Of a stretch of DNA of 64,000 nt, positions 48,483 to 58,425 are shown piece by piece. Numbering within the stretch: position 1 is the first letter of the stretch; each line of letters begins with the position of its first letter. This DNA is from Pseudomonadota bacterium (lineage in GTDB: Bacteria > Pseudomonadota > Gammaproteobacteria > Halothiobacillales > Halothiobacillaceae). Under the pieces are notes generated by a model. That model made no database searches, was not told where the DNA came from, and saw only the letters and a list, made by a program, of their open reading frames with translations. Location: the NCBI GenBank assembly GCA_040756355.1, contig JBFLZK010000020.1:73379-137378 (forward strand), written 5' to 3'. The position numbers and the translations under genes are program-made.

Positions 48483-50329
48483 TCACTTGAACCGTGGAAA
48501 TGGTCGTAGATACGCTGGGCCAGCGCGCGGCTTACGCCCGGCACGCTGGCGATGTCTTCCACCCCGGCGCGGCTGAGGGATTGCAGGCCGCCGAAGTGTT
48601 TGAGCAATTGTTGCCGCCGTTTGACGCCCACGCCAGCAATATTTTCCAGAGTGGATGTCTCGCGTGTCTTGCCGCGTCGCGCACGGTGGCCGGTGATTGC
48701 AAAACGGTGAGCTTCGTCGCGCACATTCTGGATCAGGTGCAGGGCGGGCGAATGCGCCGGAAGATCAAGCGTCTTGCCGCTGTCGGCCAGCAGCAGGGTT
48801 TCTTCGCCCGGCCTTCGTTCCGGGCCCTTGGCCACGCCGATGACCCGGAACGCGCCTCGCAGCCCGAATGCATCCAGGACCTCCATCGCACGGGCCACCT
48901 GCCCCATCCCGCCATCAATCAGAAGGAGGTCCGGCAGGATGCCCTCGTCTTTCACGGCCCGTTCAAAACGCCGCACAAGGGCTTGCTGCATGGCGGCGTA
49001 GTCATCACCGGGCTGAACGCCCGCAATGTTGTAACGTCGATAAGCGGCCTTGAGCGGCCCTTCCGGTCCGAACACGACGCACGACGCGACCGTGGACTCT
49101 CCCATCATGTGACTGATGTCGAAACATTCGATACGGGACGGCGCCTGCGGAAGGTCCAGCGCCTCGCGCAGGGCTTCGAGGCGGGCCTGCTGGCTTCCGC
49201 GCGTAGCCAGCCGTTGGGCCAGCGCGAGACGGGCGTTGTGTCGCGCCATTTCGACCCAGCGCGCGCGTTCGCCGCGTGGCGCGGGCTGGATGCGCACGGC
49301 ATGGCCGCGAGCTTCGCTCAGCGCCTCTTCAAGCAGTTCGCGATCCTCCGGTGCATGGCTGACCAGTAATTCGCGCGGCGCTTCGCGCTCAAGGTACATC
49401 TGCCCGATGAAGGCGGCCAGGATGGCGCCCTCATCCGCCTCCTCGGTATTCTTCGGAAAATAGGCACGCCCCCCCAGATTGCGTCCGTCGCGGATGGTCA
49501 AGACCTCCACGCAGGCCAGACCTCCGGCGCGCTCTACGGCCAGCACATCCACGCTGCCGCCCTGGGTGCTGACGTACTGCCTTTCGCTGACCGCGCGCAG
49601 TTGGCCAATACGGTCGCGCAGCAGCGCCGCCTCCTCGAAGGCCAGACGCCCGGCAGCCTGTTCCATGCGTTCGACCAAGGTGTGGATGACCTGCTGACTG
49701 CGTCCTTCGAGAAAACCCGTCGCGTCGCGCGCATCGCGGGCATAGTCATCGACGCTGATGAGGCCGACGCAGGGCGCGGTACAACGTTTGATCTGGTACT
49801 GCATGCAGGGCCGCGAGCGGTTGGCGAATTCATGATCGGCGCAATCGCGCAGACGGAAGACCTTTTGCAGCAGGTTGAGGGTTTCCTTGACTGCGACAGC
49901 GCTTGGATAAGGGCCGAAGTAACGACCAGGCTCCCGGTGCGGGCCGCGGTGGTATGCGAGTCGCGGGTAGTCATGCGCACCGCCGAGGAAAATTTCCGGA
50001 TAGCTTTTGTCGTCCCGCATCAGCACGTTGTAGCGTGGACGATGCTGCTTGATCAGGTGGTTTTCAAGCAGCAGCGCCTCGGTTTCGGTATGCGTGGCGG
50101 TAAGCTGAACGTCGGCGATGTGGCCGACCAAGGCGGCAGTCTTGGGCGAAAGGCCGCTGGCGCGAAAATAGCTGGCGAGACGTTTTTTGAGATTTTTCGC
50201 CTTGCCCACGTAGAGAATGACGCCGACGGCATCGATCATGCGATAAACGCCGGGCGTTTCCGGGGCGCGCTTGAGAAAGGCGCGGGCATCGAAGGCCGCG
50301 CCGTCGCCGGAATCAGTAGTTGCGTTCAT
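48479..50329 (-). CDS. uvrC: Excinuclease ABC subunit C
   Basis: PGVYRM...YVGKAKNLKKR GIY-YIG, RIECFDISH, LIDGG, RDEAHRFAI, HhH tail. Confidence 0.97.
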   Translation of the reverse strand: MNATTDSGDGAAFDARAFLKRAPETPGVYRMIDAVGVILYVGKAKNLKKRLASYFRASGLSPKTAALVGHIADVQLTATHTETEALLLENHLIKQHRPRYNVLMRDDKSYPEIFLGGAHDYPRLAYHRGPHREPGRYFGPYPSAVAVKETLNLLQKVFRLRDCADHEFANRSRPCMQYQIKRCTAPCVGLISVDDYARDARDATGFLEGRSQQVIHTLVERMEQAAGRLAFEEAALLRDRIGQLRAVSERQYVSTQGGSVDVLAVERAGGLACVEVLTIRDGRNLGGRAYFPKNTEEADEGAILAAFIGQMYLEREAPRELLVSHAPEDRELLEEALSEARGHAVRIQPAPRGERARWVEMARHNARLALAQRLATRGSQQARLEALREALDLPQAPSRIECFDISHMMGESTVASCVVFGPEGPLKAAYRRYNIAGVQPGDDYAAMQQALVRRFERAVKDEGILPDLLLIDGGMGQVARAMEVLDAFGLRGAFRVIGVAKGPERRPGEETLLLADSGKTLDLPAHSPALHLIQNVRDEAHRFAITGHRARRGKTRETSTLENIAGVGVKRRQQLLKHFGGLQSLSRAGVEDIASVPGVSRALAQRIYDHFHGSSE

Positions 50330-50831
50330 CCCACTCGGTCTGGCCGGCGGCGTGCGGCCAGGTCTTGAACGGCATCTTGGCGAGCGAGACGTTGTAGTAG
50401 CGCGGATCATCCGAGACGTCGGCGCAAGCCCAGTCGGGCAACTCGAATGCTTCATCCAGGCTGGAGAGCTCAATCTCGGCGACGATCAGTCCTTCATTGT
50501 CGCCATGGAATTCGTCCACTTCCCAGACATGATCGGCATGAGGGACAAGGTGGCGGGTCTTGTCGATGATCGGACCGGTGCTGAGTGTGTCCAGCATCTC
50601 ATTGGCCTGATCGAGCGGAATCACATATTCGAATTCATGGCGATGGATGCCAAGACGCACGCTCTTGATATTCAAATACCCTTGACTGCCGTCCACCCGC
50701 ACGCGCACGGAAGCCTTGCAACCATCCAGCGAAGGCGTCAGATAGCCTTGACGCAGGCGCATGGATTCGGTGACGCGGCTGCGCCAGTTATCGTTCTTGA
50801 CCAGGAATTTGCGTTCGATTTCGAGAGCCAT
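50313..50831 (-). CDS. CYTH domain protein
   Basis: MALEIERKFLV, RQGYL, HEFEY, WEVDEF, VAEIEL. Confidence 0.92.
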   Translation of the reverse strand: MALEIERKFLVKNDNWRSRVTESMRLRQGYLTPSLDGCKASVRVRVDGSQGYLNIKSVRLGIHRHEFEYVIPLDQANEMLDTLSTGPIIDKTRHLVPHADHVWEVDEFHGDNEGLIVAEIELSSLDEAFELPDWACADVSDDPRYYNVSLAKMPFKTWPHAAGQTEWDERNY

Positions 50832-50848
50832 GACAGATGATCGCGCTT

Positions 50849-51817
50849 TTAGAAACGGACGAGGGCCGAGCCCCAGGTAAAGCCGCCGCCAAAGGCCTCC
50901 AGCAACAGCATGTCACCACGCCGGATGCGTCCGTCGCGCACTGCGACGTCCAGGGCCAGAGGGACGGAGGCGGCGGAAGTATTGCCGTGCCAGCCCACGG
51001 TAAGCACCACGCGCTCCATCGGCAAGTTCAGCTTTTTCGCGGTGGCGGCGATGATGCGGGTATTGGCCTGGTGCGGAACCAGCCAGTCGATATCGGACTT
51101 TTCAAGGCCCGCTGCCTCCAGGGTTTCATCGACAATGCGCCCCAGAGTGTTCACCGCGACTTTGAAAACCTCATTACCCTTCATCTGGATGAAGGCTTGA
51201 CCGGAGCGGCACAGCGCGCTGTTCTGAGACACCCCGCCCGGCACCGTCAGCAAGGCCTCGTACTGACCGTCGGCATGCAAATGGGTGGAAAGAATGCCCG
51301 CTTCCTCCGATGCCTCCAGCACCACGGCGCCCGCCCCATCTCCGAACAGCACGCAGGTGGCGCGGTCGGTCCAGTCCACGATGCGGGACAAGGTTTCGGC
51401 GCCCACCACCAGGGCTCGCTTGGCGCCCCCGGCGCGGATGAATTTGTCAGCCACGCCCAAGGCGTAGACAAAGCCGGTGCAGACGGCCTGAACATCGAAG
51501 GCCGCGCAGCCGTTGGCGCCGATGCGGTCCTGCAAGAGGCATGCGGTGCTTGGAAAAATGCGGTCCGGCGTGGTGGTGGCGACAATAATCAGGTCGAGGT
51601 CCTTGCCCTCGATCCCGGCAGCCTCCATGGCGCGGCGCGCGGCGCGCTCGGCCAGATCCACGGTGGATTCGTCATCCGCCGCGATATGCCGCCTTTCGAT
51701 ACCGGTCCGTTCACGAATCCATTCGTCCGTGGTTTCCACCATGCGTTCGAGATCGGCATTGGTGAGAACCTTTTCCGGCAGGTAGCCGCCGGTTCCTGTT
51801 ATGCGGGCATGGATCAC
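50849..51817 (-). CDS. fabH: 3-oxoacyl-ACP synthase III
   Basis: [39 protein letters not shown]. Confidence 0.96.
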   Translation of the reverse strand: MIHARITGTGGYLPEKVLTNADLERMVETTDEWIRERTGIERRHIAADDESTVDLAERAARRAMEAAGIEGKDLDLIIVATTTPDRIFPSTACLLQDRIGANGCAAFDVQAVCTGFVYALGVADKFIRAGGAKRALVVGAETLSRIVDWTDRATCVLFGDGAGAVVLEASEEAGILSTHLHADGQYEALLTVPGGVSQNSALCRSGQAFIQMKGNEVFKVAVNTLGRIVDETLEAAGLEKSDIDWLVPHQANTRIIAATAKKLNLPMERVVLTVGWHGNTSAASVPLALDVAVRDGRIRRGDMLLLEAFGGGFTWGSALVRF

Positions 51818-52836
51818 GATGCAGACCTTTGGGCGAGCAGAGTTTCGAGCTGGCTGTCGATACGGCTGGGGACGGCCTGTTCGACTTCGTGCAGCGCGGT
51901 GTCGATGGCATGACCGAAGGAGAACGCATCCGCACCGCCATGACTCTTGATGACGATGCCTTGCAGGCCGAGCAGGCTGGCGCCATTGTAGCGGCGCGGG
52001 TCAAAGCGCTTCTTCAGCGAATGAAGCACCGGCAGCGAAACCAGGGCGGCGAGCTTTGTGAACAGGTTGCGTGCGAAAGCTTCACGCAGATGGTTGCCGA
52101 TCATCTTGGCCACGCCCTCGCTGGCCTTGAGCGCGACGTTGCCGACGAAACCGTCGCAGACCACCACGTCCGCGCTGCCCTTGTAGATGTCGTCGCCCTC
52201 GACAAAGCCGATGTAATTGATCGGTGAGGATTCCAGCAGGCGCGCGGCGGCCTTGACCGTGTCGTTGCCCTTGATCGCCTCGGCGCCGACATTGAGCAGA
52301 CCGACACGGGGATTGGGATTCTTGTCCACCGCTGCGGCCAGCACCGAGCCCATCACCGCGAATTGCAGCAGGTGTTCAGCGCTGCATTCCACATTCGCGC
52401 CAAGATCCAGCATATGGGTGTGGCCGCTGGCGGTCGGGATCATGGTGCAGATGGCGGGGCGATCGATACCCGGCAGGGTCTTGAGCACGAACTTGGCGGT
52501 CGCCATCAAGGCGCCGGTGTTGCCCGCGCTGATACAGGCCTGGGCCGTGCCCTCGCGTACAAGATCAATGGAGACGCGCATGGAGGAATCTTTCTTGCCG
52601 CGCAGGGCCAACGCGGGCGATTCGTCCATCGCCACCACTTCGGTGGCATGACGCACACTCAGACGGTCATGATTCAGTGCGTGACGGCGGGCAAGCTCGT
52701 CGCGCAGCAGGCCTTCCTGGCCGACCAGGATCAAATGCAGCCTTGGGTGGCGGCGCAAGGCCTCCACGGCGGCGTCAAGCACGATGCCGGGGGCATGGTC
52801 GCCACCCATGGCGTCAAGGGCGAGAGTGATGGTCAT
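51814..52836 (-). CDS. plsX: Phosphate acyltransferase PlsX
   Basis: [39 protein letters not shown]. Confidence 0.97.
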   Translation of the reverse strand: MTITLALDAMGGDHAPGIVLDAAVEALRRHPRLHLILVGQEGLLRDELARRHALNHDRLSVRHATEVVAMDESPALALRGKKDSSMRVSIDLVREGTAQACISAGNTGALMATAKFVLKTLPGIDRPAICTMIPTASGHTHMLDLGANVECSAEHLLQFAVMGSVLAAAVDKNPNPRVGLLNVGAEAIKGNDTVKAAARLLESSPINYIGFVEGDDIYKGSADVVVCDGFVGNVALKASEGVAKMIGNHLREAFARNLFTKLAALVSLPVLHSLKKRFDPRRYNGASLLGLQGIVIKSHGGADAFSFGHAIDTALHEVEQAVPSRIDSQLETLLAQRSAS

Positions 52837-52854
52837 GGTCCGTTACACGTGCAG

Positions 52855-52890
52855 GAAAGAAAACGGGCGGCCCGATGTGTGGCCGCCCGT
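52855..52890 (-). terminator. Rho-independent terminator after rpmF
   Basis: Minus strand ACGGGCGGCC-8nt-GGCCGCCCGT followed by TTTCTTT. Confidence 0.7.
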
Positions 52891-52942
52891 CAGCATCGGG
52901 TGGAATCAGCCGCCATGCCTTGCTCGGCATGGCAAGCTTGCC

Positions 52943-53128
52943 TTATTCCTGCTCGGTCGCGGTCTCGATGACCTTGCGGCCACGGTAGAAACCATCGGCG
53001 CTCACATGGTGGCGCAGATGGGTTTCGCCGGTTGCGCGCTCGACCGAGAAGGCCGGCTTGGCGAGACCGTCGTGGGCGCGGCGCATATCACGCTTGGAAC
53101 GGCTCTTGCGGGTCTGTTGTACGGCCAT
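52943..53128 (-). CDS. rpmF: 50S ribosomal protein L32
   Basis: [20 protein letters not shown]...HLRHHV...YRGRKVI. Confidence 0.98.
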   Translation of the reverse strand: MAVQQTRKSRSKRDMRRAHDGLAKPAFSVERATGETHLRHHVSADGFYRGRKVIETATEQE

Positions 53129-53175
53129 GGTTCAAAACTCCAGAACTATAAAGTCACGTTGATCAATATCGGGCA

Positions 53176-53682
53176 TCAGTGCTTGGATGGTTCGACCAAG
53201 CCGCGCAATGCCGCGAACGGGTTATCCGTCTTTTCATCCGCCCCCTCGTGCTCGCGGTGAGCGGCAACGCACGGATGTGCGTGGCGCGGCGCCACGGGCA
53301 GGGCCAGCAAAATCTCATCCTCGACCAGGTCGGCGAGCCGGACCTGTTCGTCGCCGAGCACCAGCGGGTCAAGCTCGTCCGGAAGCAGTCGGGCTTCCGA
53401 TTCGCTACCAACCACACCGAGGCTGATCGACGGATTCAGATCAATGGCGACGGGCCCGAGGCAGCGCTGGCAGGTCATCTCCACAGTGGTTTCCAGGTCT
53501 CCCCGGATCGTGGCCTGACCGTCCCCATCCTTGCCAAAATCCAGACTGAAGCGGACGCTGGCATGGTTGAGAACGACACCGGCCAAACGCGGAAGTTCAG
53601 CGGTATTCAGCTCACCCTTGAGCGTGACGCCCTGACGAACCAGACCCCGAATGTCCAGCGGCTGTTGCCATTGATCGAACAT
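53176..53682 (-). CDS. yceD: YceD/DUF177 family protein
   Basis: CQRCL, LVEDEILLALP, NPFAAL; upstream of rpmF. Confidence 0.93.
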   Translation of the reverse strand: MFDQWQQPLDIRGLVRQGVTLKGELNTAELPRLAGVVLNHASVRFSLDFGKDGDGQATIRGDLETTVEMTCQRCLGPVAIDLNPSISLGVVGSESEARLLPDELDPLVLGDEQVRLADLVEDEILLALPVAPRHAHPCVAAHREHEGADEKTDNPFAALRGLVEPSKH

Positions 53683-53730
53683 AATCTTTTAATTTTATTA
53701 ACTTAAACCAACATCTGTCAAAGGATTTTC

Positions 53731-54342
53731 ATGCAACAGGCTGTTCCCGCGCCCGTTCCGGCCATCATTCTGGCCTCCACCTCCCCCTATCGGAAGGCTC
53801 TTCTGGAACGTTTGCGCTTGCCGTTCGAGACCGCCAAACCAGGTGTCGATGAAACCCGTCATCGCAATGAAGATGCGTCCGCGATGGTCTTGCGCCTGGC
53901 GCGCGAGAAGGCCCTTGCGATCGCGATCCAGCGCCCCGAAGCCTGGATCATCGGCTCCGACCAGTGCGCGGTGTTGGGCGATGCCGTACTGGGCAAGCCA
54001 GGCGCGCACGAACAGGCGGCGAATCAATTGCGCGAGTCGTCCGGTCGGTCGGTGACCTTCCGCACGGGGTTATGCCTGGTGAATCTCGCACAGGGGTTCG
54101 AGCGCTGTGTCGAGGAACCTTTCACGGTCCATTTCCGCGATCTGTCAGAGCACGAAATCCAGCACTACCTGGGGCGCGAGCAGCCTTATGACTGCGCTGG
54201 GAGCTTCAAGTCGGAAGGCCTGGGCGTCACCCTGTTCCGCGCCATGGAGGGCCGCGATCCGAGCGCGCTGATCGGTCTTCCGCTGATGGCCTTGTGCGAT
54301 CTTTTGCGCGAGGCGGGCGTCGACCCTCTGGGCATAACCTGA
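53731..54342 (+). CDS. maf: Maf-family nucleotide pyrophosphatase (YceF type)
   Basis: ILASTSPYR, IIGSDQ, LGKPG, PYDCAGSFKSEGLG, LIGLPL. Confidence 0.93.
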   Translation: MQQAVPAPVPAIILASTSPYRKALLERLRLPFETAKPGVDETRHRNEDASAMVLRLAREKALAIAIQRPEAWIIGSDQCAVLGDAVLGKPGAHEQAANQLRESSGRSVTFRTGLCLVNLAQGFERCVEEPFTVHFRDLSEHEIQHYLGREQPYDCAGSFKSEGLGVTLFRAMEGRDPSALIGLPLMALCDLLREAGVDPLGIT

Positions 54343-54443
54343 GCGCCGCCATCCTGGTACGAATGAATTGGAGGCTCCAAAAATCAATCACTTGGCATGG
54401 CATTTGGCGGGATTGATCTTCGGGCGCCCCTTCCATGGCGTGC

Positions 54444-54483
54444 CTGACGGGCTGCTGAAACGGGTGCTTCAGCAGCCCGTCAG
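54444..54483. repeat. Perfect 16-bp inverted repeat between convergent maf and MFS genes
   Basis: CTGACGGGCTGCTGAA-acgggtgc-TTCAGCAGCCCGTCAG; the right arm overlaps the MFS stop codon. Confidence 0.75.
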
Positions 54484-55658
54484 AGCCGACGCCCCATTTT
54501 CCGCATCGAAAACCCGATCAGCACCGCCCCGCCCAAGGCCAGCGCGGCACTGATGATGAAACTCGGCAACGCGCCCAGCCATTGCCAGCTTGCACCCGCC
54601 AACCAGAACCCCAGCACGCCGCCCGCTCCGTAGCAGAGCGAGGATAACAACGCCTGCCCCCTGCCCTGCGTGCCGCCGGTGAAGTGACGGCGGATAAAGT
54701 CCACACTGGCCGCGTGCGCCACCCCAAAGCTGAACGCATGCAGTAACTGCGCGATGACCAGGGCCGCCACGCTATCGGGCAGCGCGCCGATCATCAGCCA
54801 ACGCACGGACGTCAGCAGCAAGGTCAGCAACATCAACGCCGCAGCCCCGACACGCGGAAGCCAGTGGTGAACCAGCATGAAAATCACCACCTCGGCCAGC
54901 ACGCCCAGGGCCCAGAGCGCGCCGGTCAGGGTCTTGCTGTGGGCGTGCTGTTCCAGATGCACGCTGTAAAAGGCGTAATAGCTGCCGTGGCTGGCTTGCA
55001 ACAGAAAGCTTGCGCCCAGAAACAGGGCAATTTCCGGACGACGCAGGATGGGCCAGACCGCCGCCCGCGGCGCGTTCTGCTCGCCATGCATGCCATGTTG
55101 ATCCGGCGTCAGCAAGGCTAGCGCGAGCATGGCGGCGAACATGGCGAGCAGCACCCAGGGCAAGATGCCCGCGCCCCATCCGTCCAGCATCGGTCCGATA
55201 CCGAAGGCGGTGACGACGAAACCGACCGAGCCCCACAGTCGAATGCGCGCATAACGGTGCGACTGCGTCCCAAGCGCATGCAAGGTCACAGCCTCGAACT
55301 GAGGCATGGCGGCATTCCAGGCCAGGGTGAACAGCGCCATGACCAGCGCCATCTCCCACAGCCCATGCGCGACGAAAACCGGCGCGAACCCCAGCAGGGT
55401 AAGCAGGCTGGCGGCGCGCACCCAGCGCATGGGACGACCTTGATGATCAGACAGCCAGCCGACCACCGGCGGCCCTGCCAGCTTGGTCAGACCGAACAGT
55501 CCCATCAGAAAGCCGATGGACGCAGGGTCAAACCCCTCGTCTTTCAGATAAAGCGGCCAAAACGGAAGGAAGATGCCCAGCGCGGCAAAGTAGGCGAAGT
55601 AGTAGCCGGGGATCCGCCAGACCAGGGGGCTGGATGGCGGAAAAGAGCTCCCGCTCAT
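54480..55658 (-). CDS. MFS transporter (HcaT/MFS_1-like)
   Basis: About 12 hydrophobic segments; YARIRLWGSVGF, QLLHAFSFG, QGRGQAL. Confidence 0.88.
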   Translation of the reverse strand: MSGSSFPPSSPLVWRIPGYYFAYFAALGIFLPFWPLYLKDEGFDPASIGFLMGLFGLTKLAGPPVVGWLSDHQGRPMRWVRAASLLTLLGFAPVFVAHGLWEMALVMALFTLAWNAAMPQFEAVTLHALGTQSHRYARIRLWGSVGFVVTAFGIGPMLDGWGAGILPWVLLAMFAAMLALALLTPDQHGMHGEQNAPRAAVWPILRRPEIALFLGASFLLQASHGSYYAFYSVHLEQHAHSKTLTGALWALGVLAEVVIFMLVHHWLPRVGAAALMLLTLLLTSVRWLMIGALPDSVAALVIAQLLHAFSFGVAHAASVDFIRRHFTGGTQGRGQALLSSLCYGAGGVLGFWLAGASWQWLGALPSFIISAALALGGAVLIGFSMRKMGRRL

Positions 55659-55664
55659 GCGGTC

Positions 55665-56762
55665 TTACGGTTGCGCGGGAATCACCGGCGTGACGCTGGC
55701 GACGTCCGCGTTCTGTGCCCGGTGGCGCAGGGCGTGGTCCATCAGCACCAAGGCCATCATGGCCTCGGCGATGGGGGTGGCGCGGATGCCGACGCAGGGG
55801 TCATGGCGTCCCGTGGTGATGACCTCGGCGGGTTCGCCATGCAGGTTCACGCTCTGCCCCGGCAGGCGGATGCTGGAGGTGGGTTTGAGGGCGATGTGGG
55901 CGACGACGGCCTGGCCGCTGGAGATGCCGCCCAGTACGCCGCCCGCGTGGTTGCTCAGGAAGCCTTGCGGGGTGATCTCGTCACGGAATTCGGTGCCGCG
56001 CGCTTCCACGCAGGCAAAGCCATCGCCAATCTCCACACCCTTGACCGCGTTGATGCCCATCATGGCATGAGCGATATCGGCGTCCAGGCGGTCGAACACC
56101 GGCTCGCCCCAGCCCGGCGGCACACCTTCGGCGACCACGGTGACCTTGGCGCCAATGGAATCGCCCGACTTGCGCAATGCGTCCATGTAGGCCTCAAGCT
56201 CGGCCACCTTGCCCGCATCCGGGCTGAAGAAGGGGTTGTTGTCCACTTCGGACCAGTCCTTGTGCTCGATGCGGAGCGGGCCAAGCTGGCTCAAGTAGCC
56301 ACGCACGCTCACGCCGTAACGTTCCTTCAGCCATTTTTTGGCGATGGCCCCGGCGGCTACCCGCGCGGCAGTCTCGCGCGCGCTGGAGCGCCCCCCGCCG
56401 CGATAGTCACGCAGGCCGTATTTTTGCTGATAGCTGTAGTCGGCATGTCCCGGACGGAAGGTCTGGGCGATGTCGGAATAGTCCTTGGAGCGTTGGTCGG
56501 TGTTCTCGATCACCAAGGCGATCGGCGTGCCTGTGGTCTTGCCTTCGAACACGCCAGAGAGGATGCGCACCCGGTCGTCCTCGCGACGCTGTGTGGTGTG
56601 GCGCGAGGTGCCCGGCTTGCGGCGGTCGAGATCCGGCTGGATGTCGTCCTCGCACAGCGCCATACCCGGCGGACAGCCGTCCACGATGCAGCCAAGCGCG
56701 AGGCCGTGGCTTTCGCCGAAGGTGGTCACGGTGAAAAGGGCGCCGAAGGTATTGCCGGACAT
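55665..56762 (-). CDS. aroC: Chorismate synthase
   Basis: [29 protein letters not shown]. Confidence 0.98.
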   Translation of the reverse strand: MSGNTFGALFTVTTFGESHGLALGCIVDGCPPGMALCEDDIQPDLDRRKPGTSRHTTQRREDDRVRILSGVFEGKTTGTPIALVIENTDQRSKDYSDIAQTFRPGHADYSYQQKYGLRDYRGGGRSSARETAARVAAGAIAKKWLKERYGVSVRGYLSQLGPLRIEHKDWSEVDNNPFFSPDAGKVAELEAYMDALRKSGDSIGAKVTVVAEGVPPGWGEPVFDRLDADIAHAMMGINAVKGVEIGDGFACVEARGTEFRDEITPQGFLSNHAGGVLGGISSGQAVVAHIALKPTSSIRLPGQSVNLHGEPAEVITTGRHDPCVGIRATPIAEAMMALVLMDHALRHRAQNADVASVTPVIPAQP

Positions 56763-56849
56763 GATCGTGCAACAGGGTGAGTGAAACGGGCGTGAATCTT
56801 AGCAGAGAGTACCGGGCTTCGAGTCATTGGATCGACGGCTCCCTCCCTC

Positions 56850-56942
56850 TTGCGGCGTGCTGAAAAACGACCTCTGTCCAGTTTTCGGCGCACCACCCAT
56901 GGCGTGCTTGGCGGCCGCGGCGGCGGGGGTTTCAGCGCACAG
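56850..56942. repeat. Degenerate MITE/REP-like intergenic element
   Basis: GGCGTGCTGAAAAAC...GGTTTCAGCGCAC ends; internal CCATGGCGTGC shared with ~54434. Confidence 0.4.
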
Positions 56943-56947
56943 GGGGA

Positions 56948-58327
56948 TCAACCGATGGCGCACGGCATGCAGCGATTGCGTCCAGCCTGTTTGGCCTCGT
57001 ACAGCGCGCGATCGGCGCGTTTGACCACTTCTTCGAAATCGGGGTGTCCATCATGCTGGGCCATGCCGATGCTGGCTGTCAGTTTGAGCATGGCGCCGGA
57101 TTCGAGCAGAAAGGGGTGCCGCTCGATCTGCTGACGGATTTTTTCCGCGATGGCGCAAGCTCTGGGGGCGTCGGTGTTGATCAGGACAATCAGGAACTCC
57201 TCGCCGCCGTAACGGAAAACAAAATCGCTTGCGCGCACGATGGATTGCAGCGTGGCGCTGAATTGGGCAAGGACGGTGTCACCCGCCGCATGCCCGTATT
57301 CATCGTTGACGGATTTGAAATGGTCGATGTCGATCATCAGGACCGTGAACGGCTTGTCCGAATCGCGGTTGTAAGCCACCTGCTGGCGCAGGATATAAGG
57401 CATGTAGCGGCGGCTGAGGATGCCGGTCAGCGGATCGCGCAGGTTTTGCAACTCCATCGTGTGGCGGACCAGTTCGGTCAGATGCCAGTTGGCCTTGGTG
57501 ACCGTGTCGTTCAGGTCATTGAGCGCGCTGTCGAAGGTCGCCTGATCCTTGTCGGCGCAAGCCGTGCGGGCACGCTCATAGGCATCCGCCAGGCGGGCCT
57601 TGTCTTCCAGCAGGGCATTGATGTCCGGATGGCCGCTGAACATGAGTTGGCCCTTGTGCTGGATCCAGAGCGCGAAATCATTGGTTTCCGGGCTTTCGGT
57701 CGGTAGTTCGGCGTTGCTGATCCACGACTGGTAGAGCCCGGTCAGGGTGCGACGCAGCCAGTCCAGCAGACGTCCACGCAGGGATTCGACATCCATCGCC
57801 AGATTCTGGGTGGTCATCTGCATGCGCATGAACTGGACCTGGCTTTCAGTAGCCACCACTTCCTTGACGTAGTGTTCGTTGAACAGGTTGACCGTGTGAT
57901 CCAGCACGTCACTGGTCAGGAGGATGCGCTTGATGAGTTCGCGCCGGTCGATTTCAAGTTCGGCCAGGCGGGTGAAGATGCCTTCCTTGAGCACTTGCAG
58001 ACCTTGCTGGACCAGGTGCATGGAAACGTTGATGCGCGCATGCACCTCGCCGATGCGCCGCTGGCGGTTGACGAAGCTTTCGAACTCCTCCTCGCCACGC
58101 GCCCGGAACAGATCGGAGAGCCAGGCGGAAAGGCTCTGGTTCAGGCGCGTATCGACAAGCTCATGACTCAAAAAGGGTCGAGCTTCGTCGTTTTCCATCA
58201 AGACCCGGTAAAACTCGCTGGCCAAGGCATTTGCGTGATGGCCGACCAGTTCCCCGATCTGATCCAGGCGCGTCCGGTTGTCGGCGGAAAAAATGGTCAA
58301 GTAGGCATCGCGAGCAGGCTTGGGCAT
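56948..58327 (-). CDS. Globin-coupled diguanylate cyclase (DosC-like)
   Basis: Sensor globin (EFY, IGEVHARINV), middle domain, DPLTG, DIDHFKSVNDEYGH, RxxD I-site, GGEEF. Confidence 0.88.
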   Translation of the reverse strand: MPKPARDAYLTIFSADNRTRLDQIGELVGHHANALASEFYRVLMENDEARPFLSHELVDTRLNQSLSAWLSDLFRARGEEEFESFVNRQRRIGEVHARINVSMHLVQQGLQVLKEGIFTRLAELEIDRRELIKRILLTSDVLDHTVNLFNEHYVKEVVATESQVQFMRMQMTTQNLAMDVESLRGRLLDWLRRTLTGLYQSWISNAELPTESPETNDFALWIQHKGQLMFSGHPDINALLEDKARLADAYERARTACADKDQATFDSALNDLNDTVTKANWHLTELVRHTMELQNLRDPLTGILSRRYMPYILRQQVAYNRDSDKPFTVLMIDIDHFKSVNDEYGHAAGDTVLAQFSATLQSIVRASDFVFRYGGEEFLIVLINTDAPRACAIAEKIRQQIERHPFLLESGAMLKLTASIGMAQHDGHPDFEEVVKRADRALYEAKQAGRNRCMPCAIG

Positions 58328-58425
58328 GGTTGAGTCTTCGGATATCCAGTGGGTCGTGCGCCGGTGCAATAGCCATGGCGAACGTTACAATGCCTCCATT
58401 CTAAACGTTCAAGAGTGCCGGTGGC

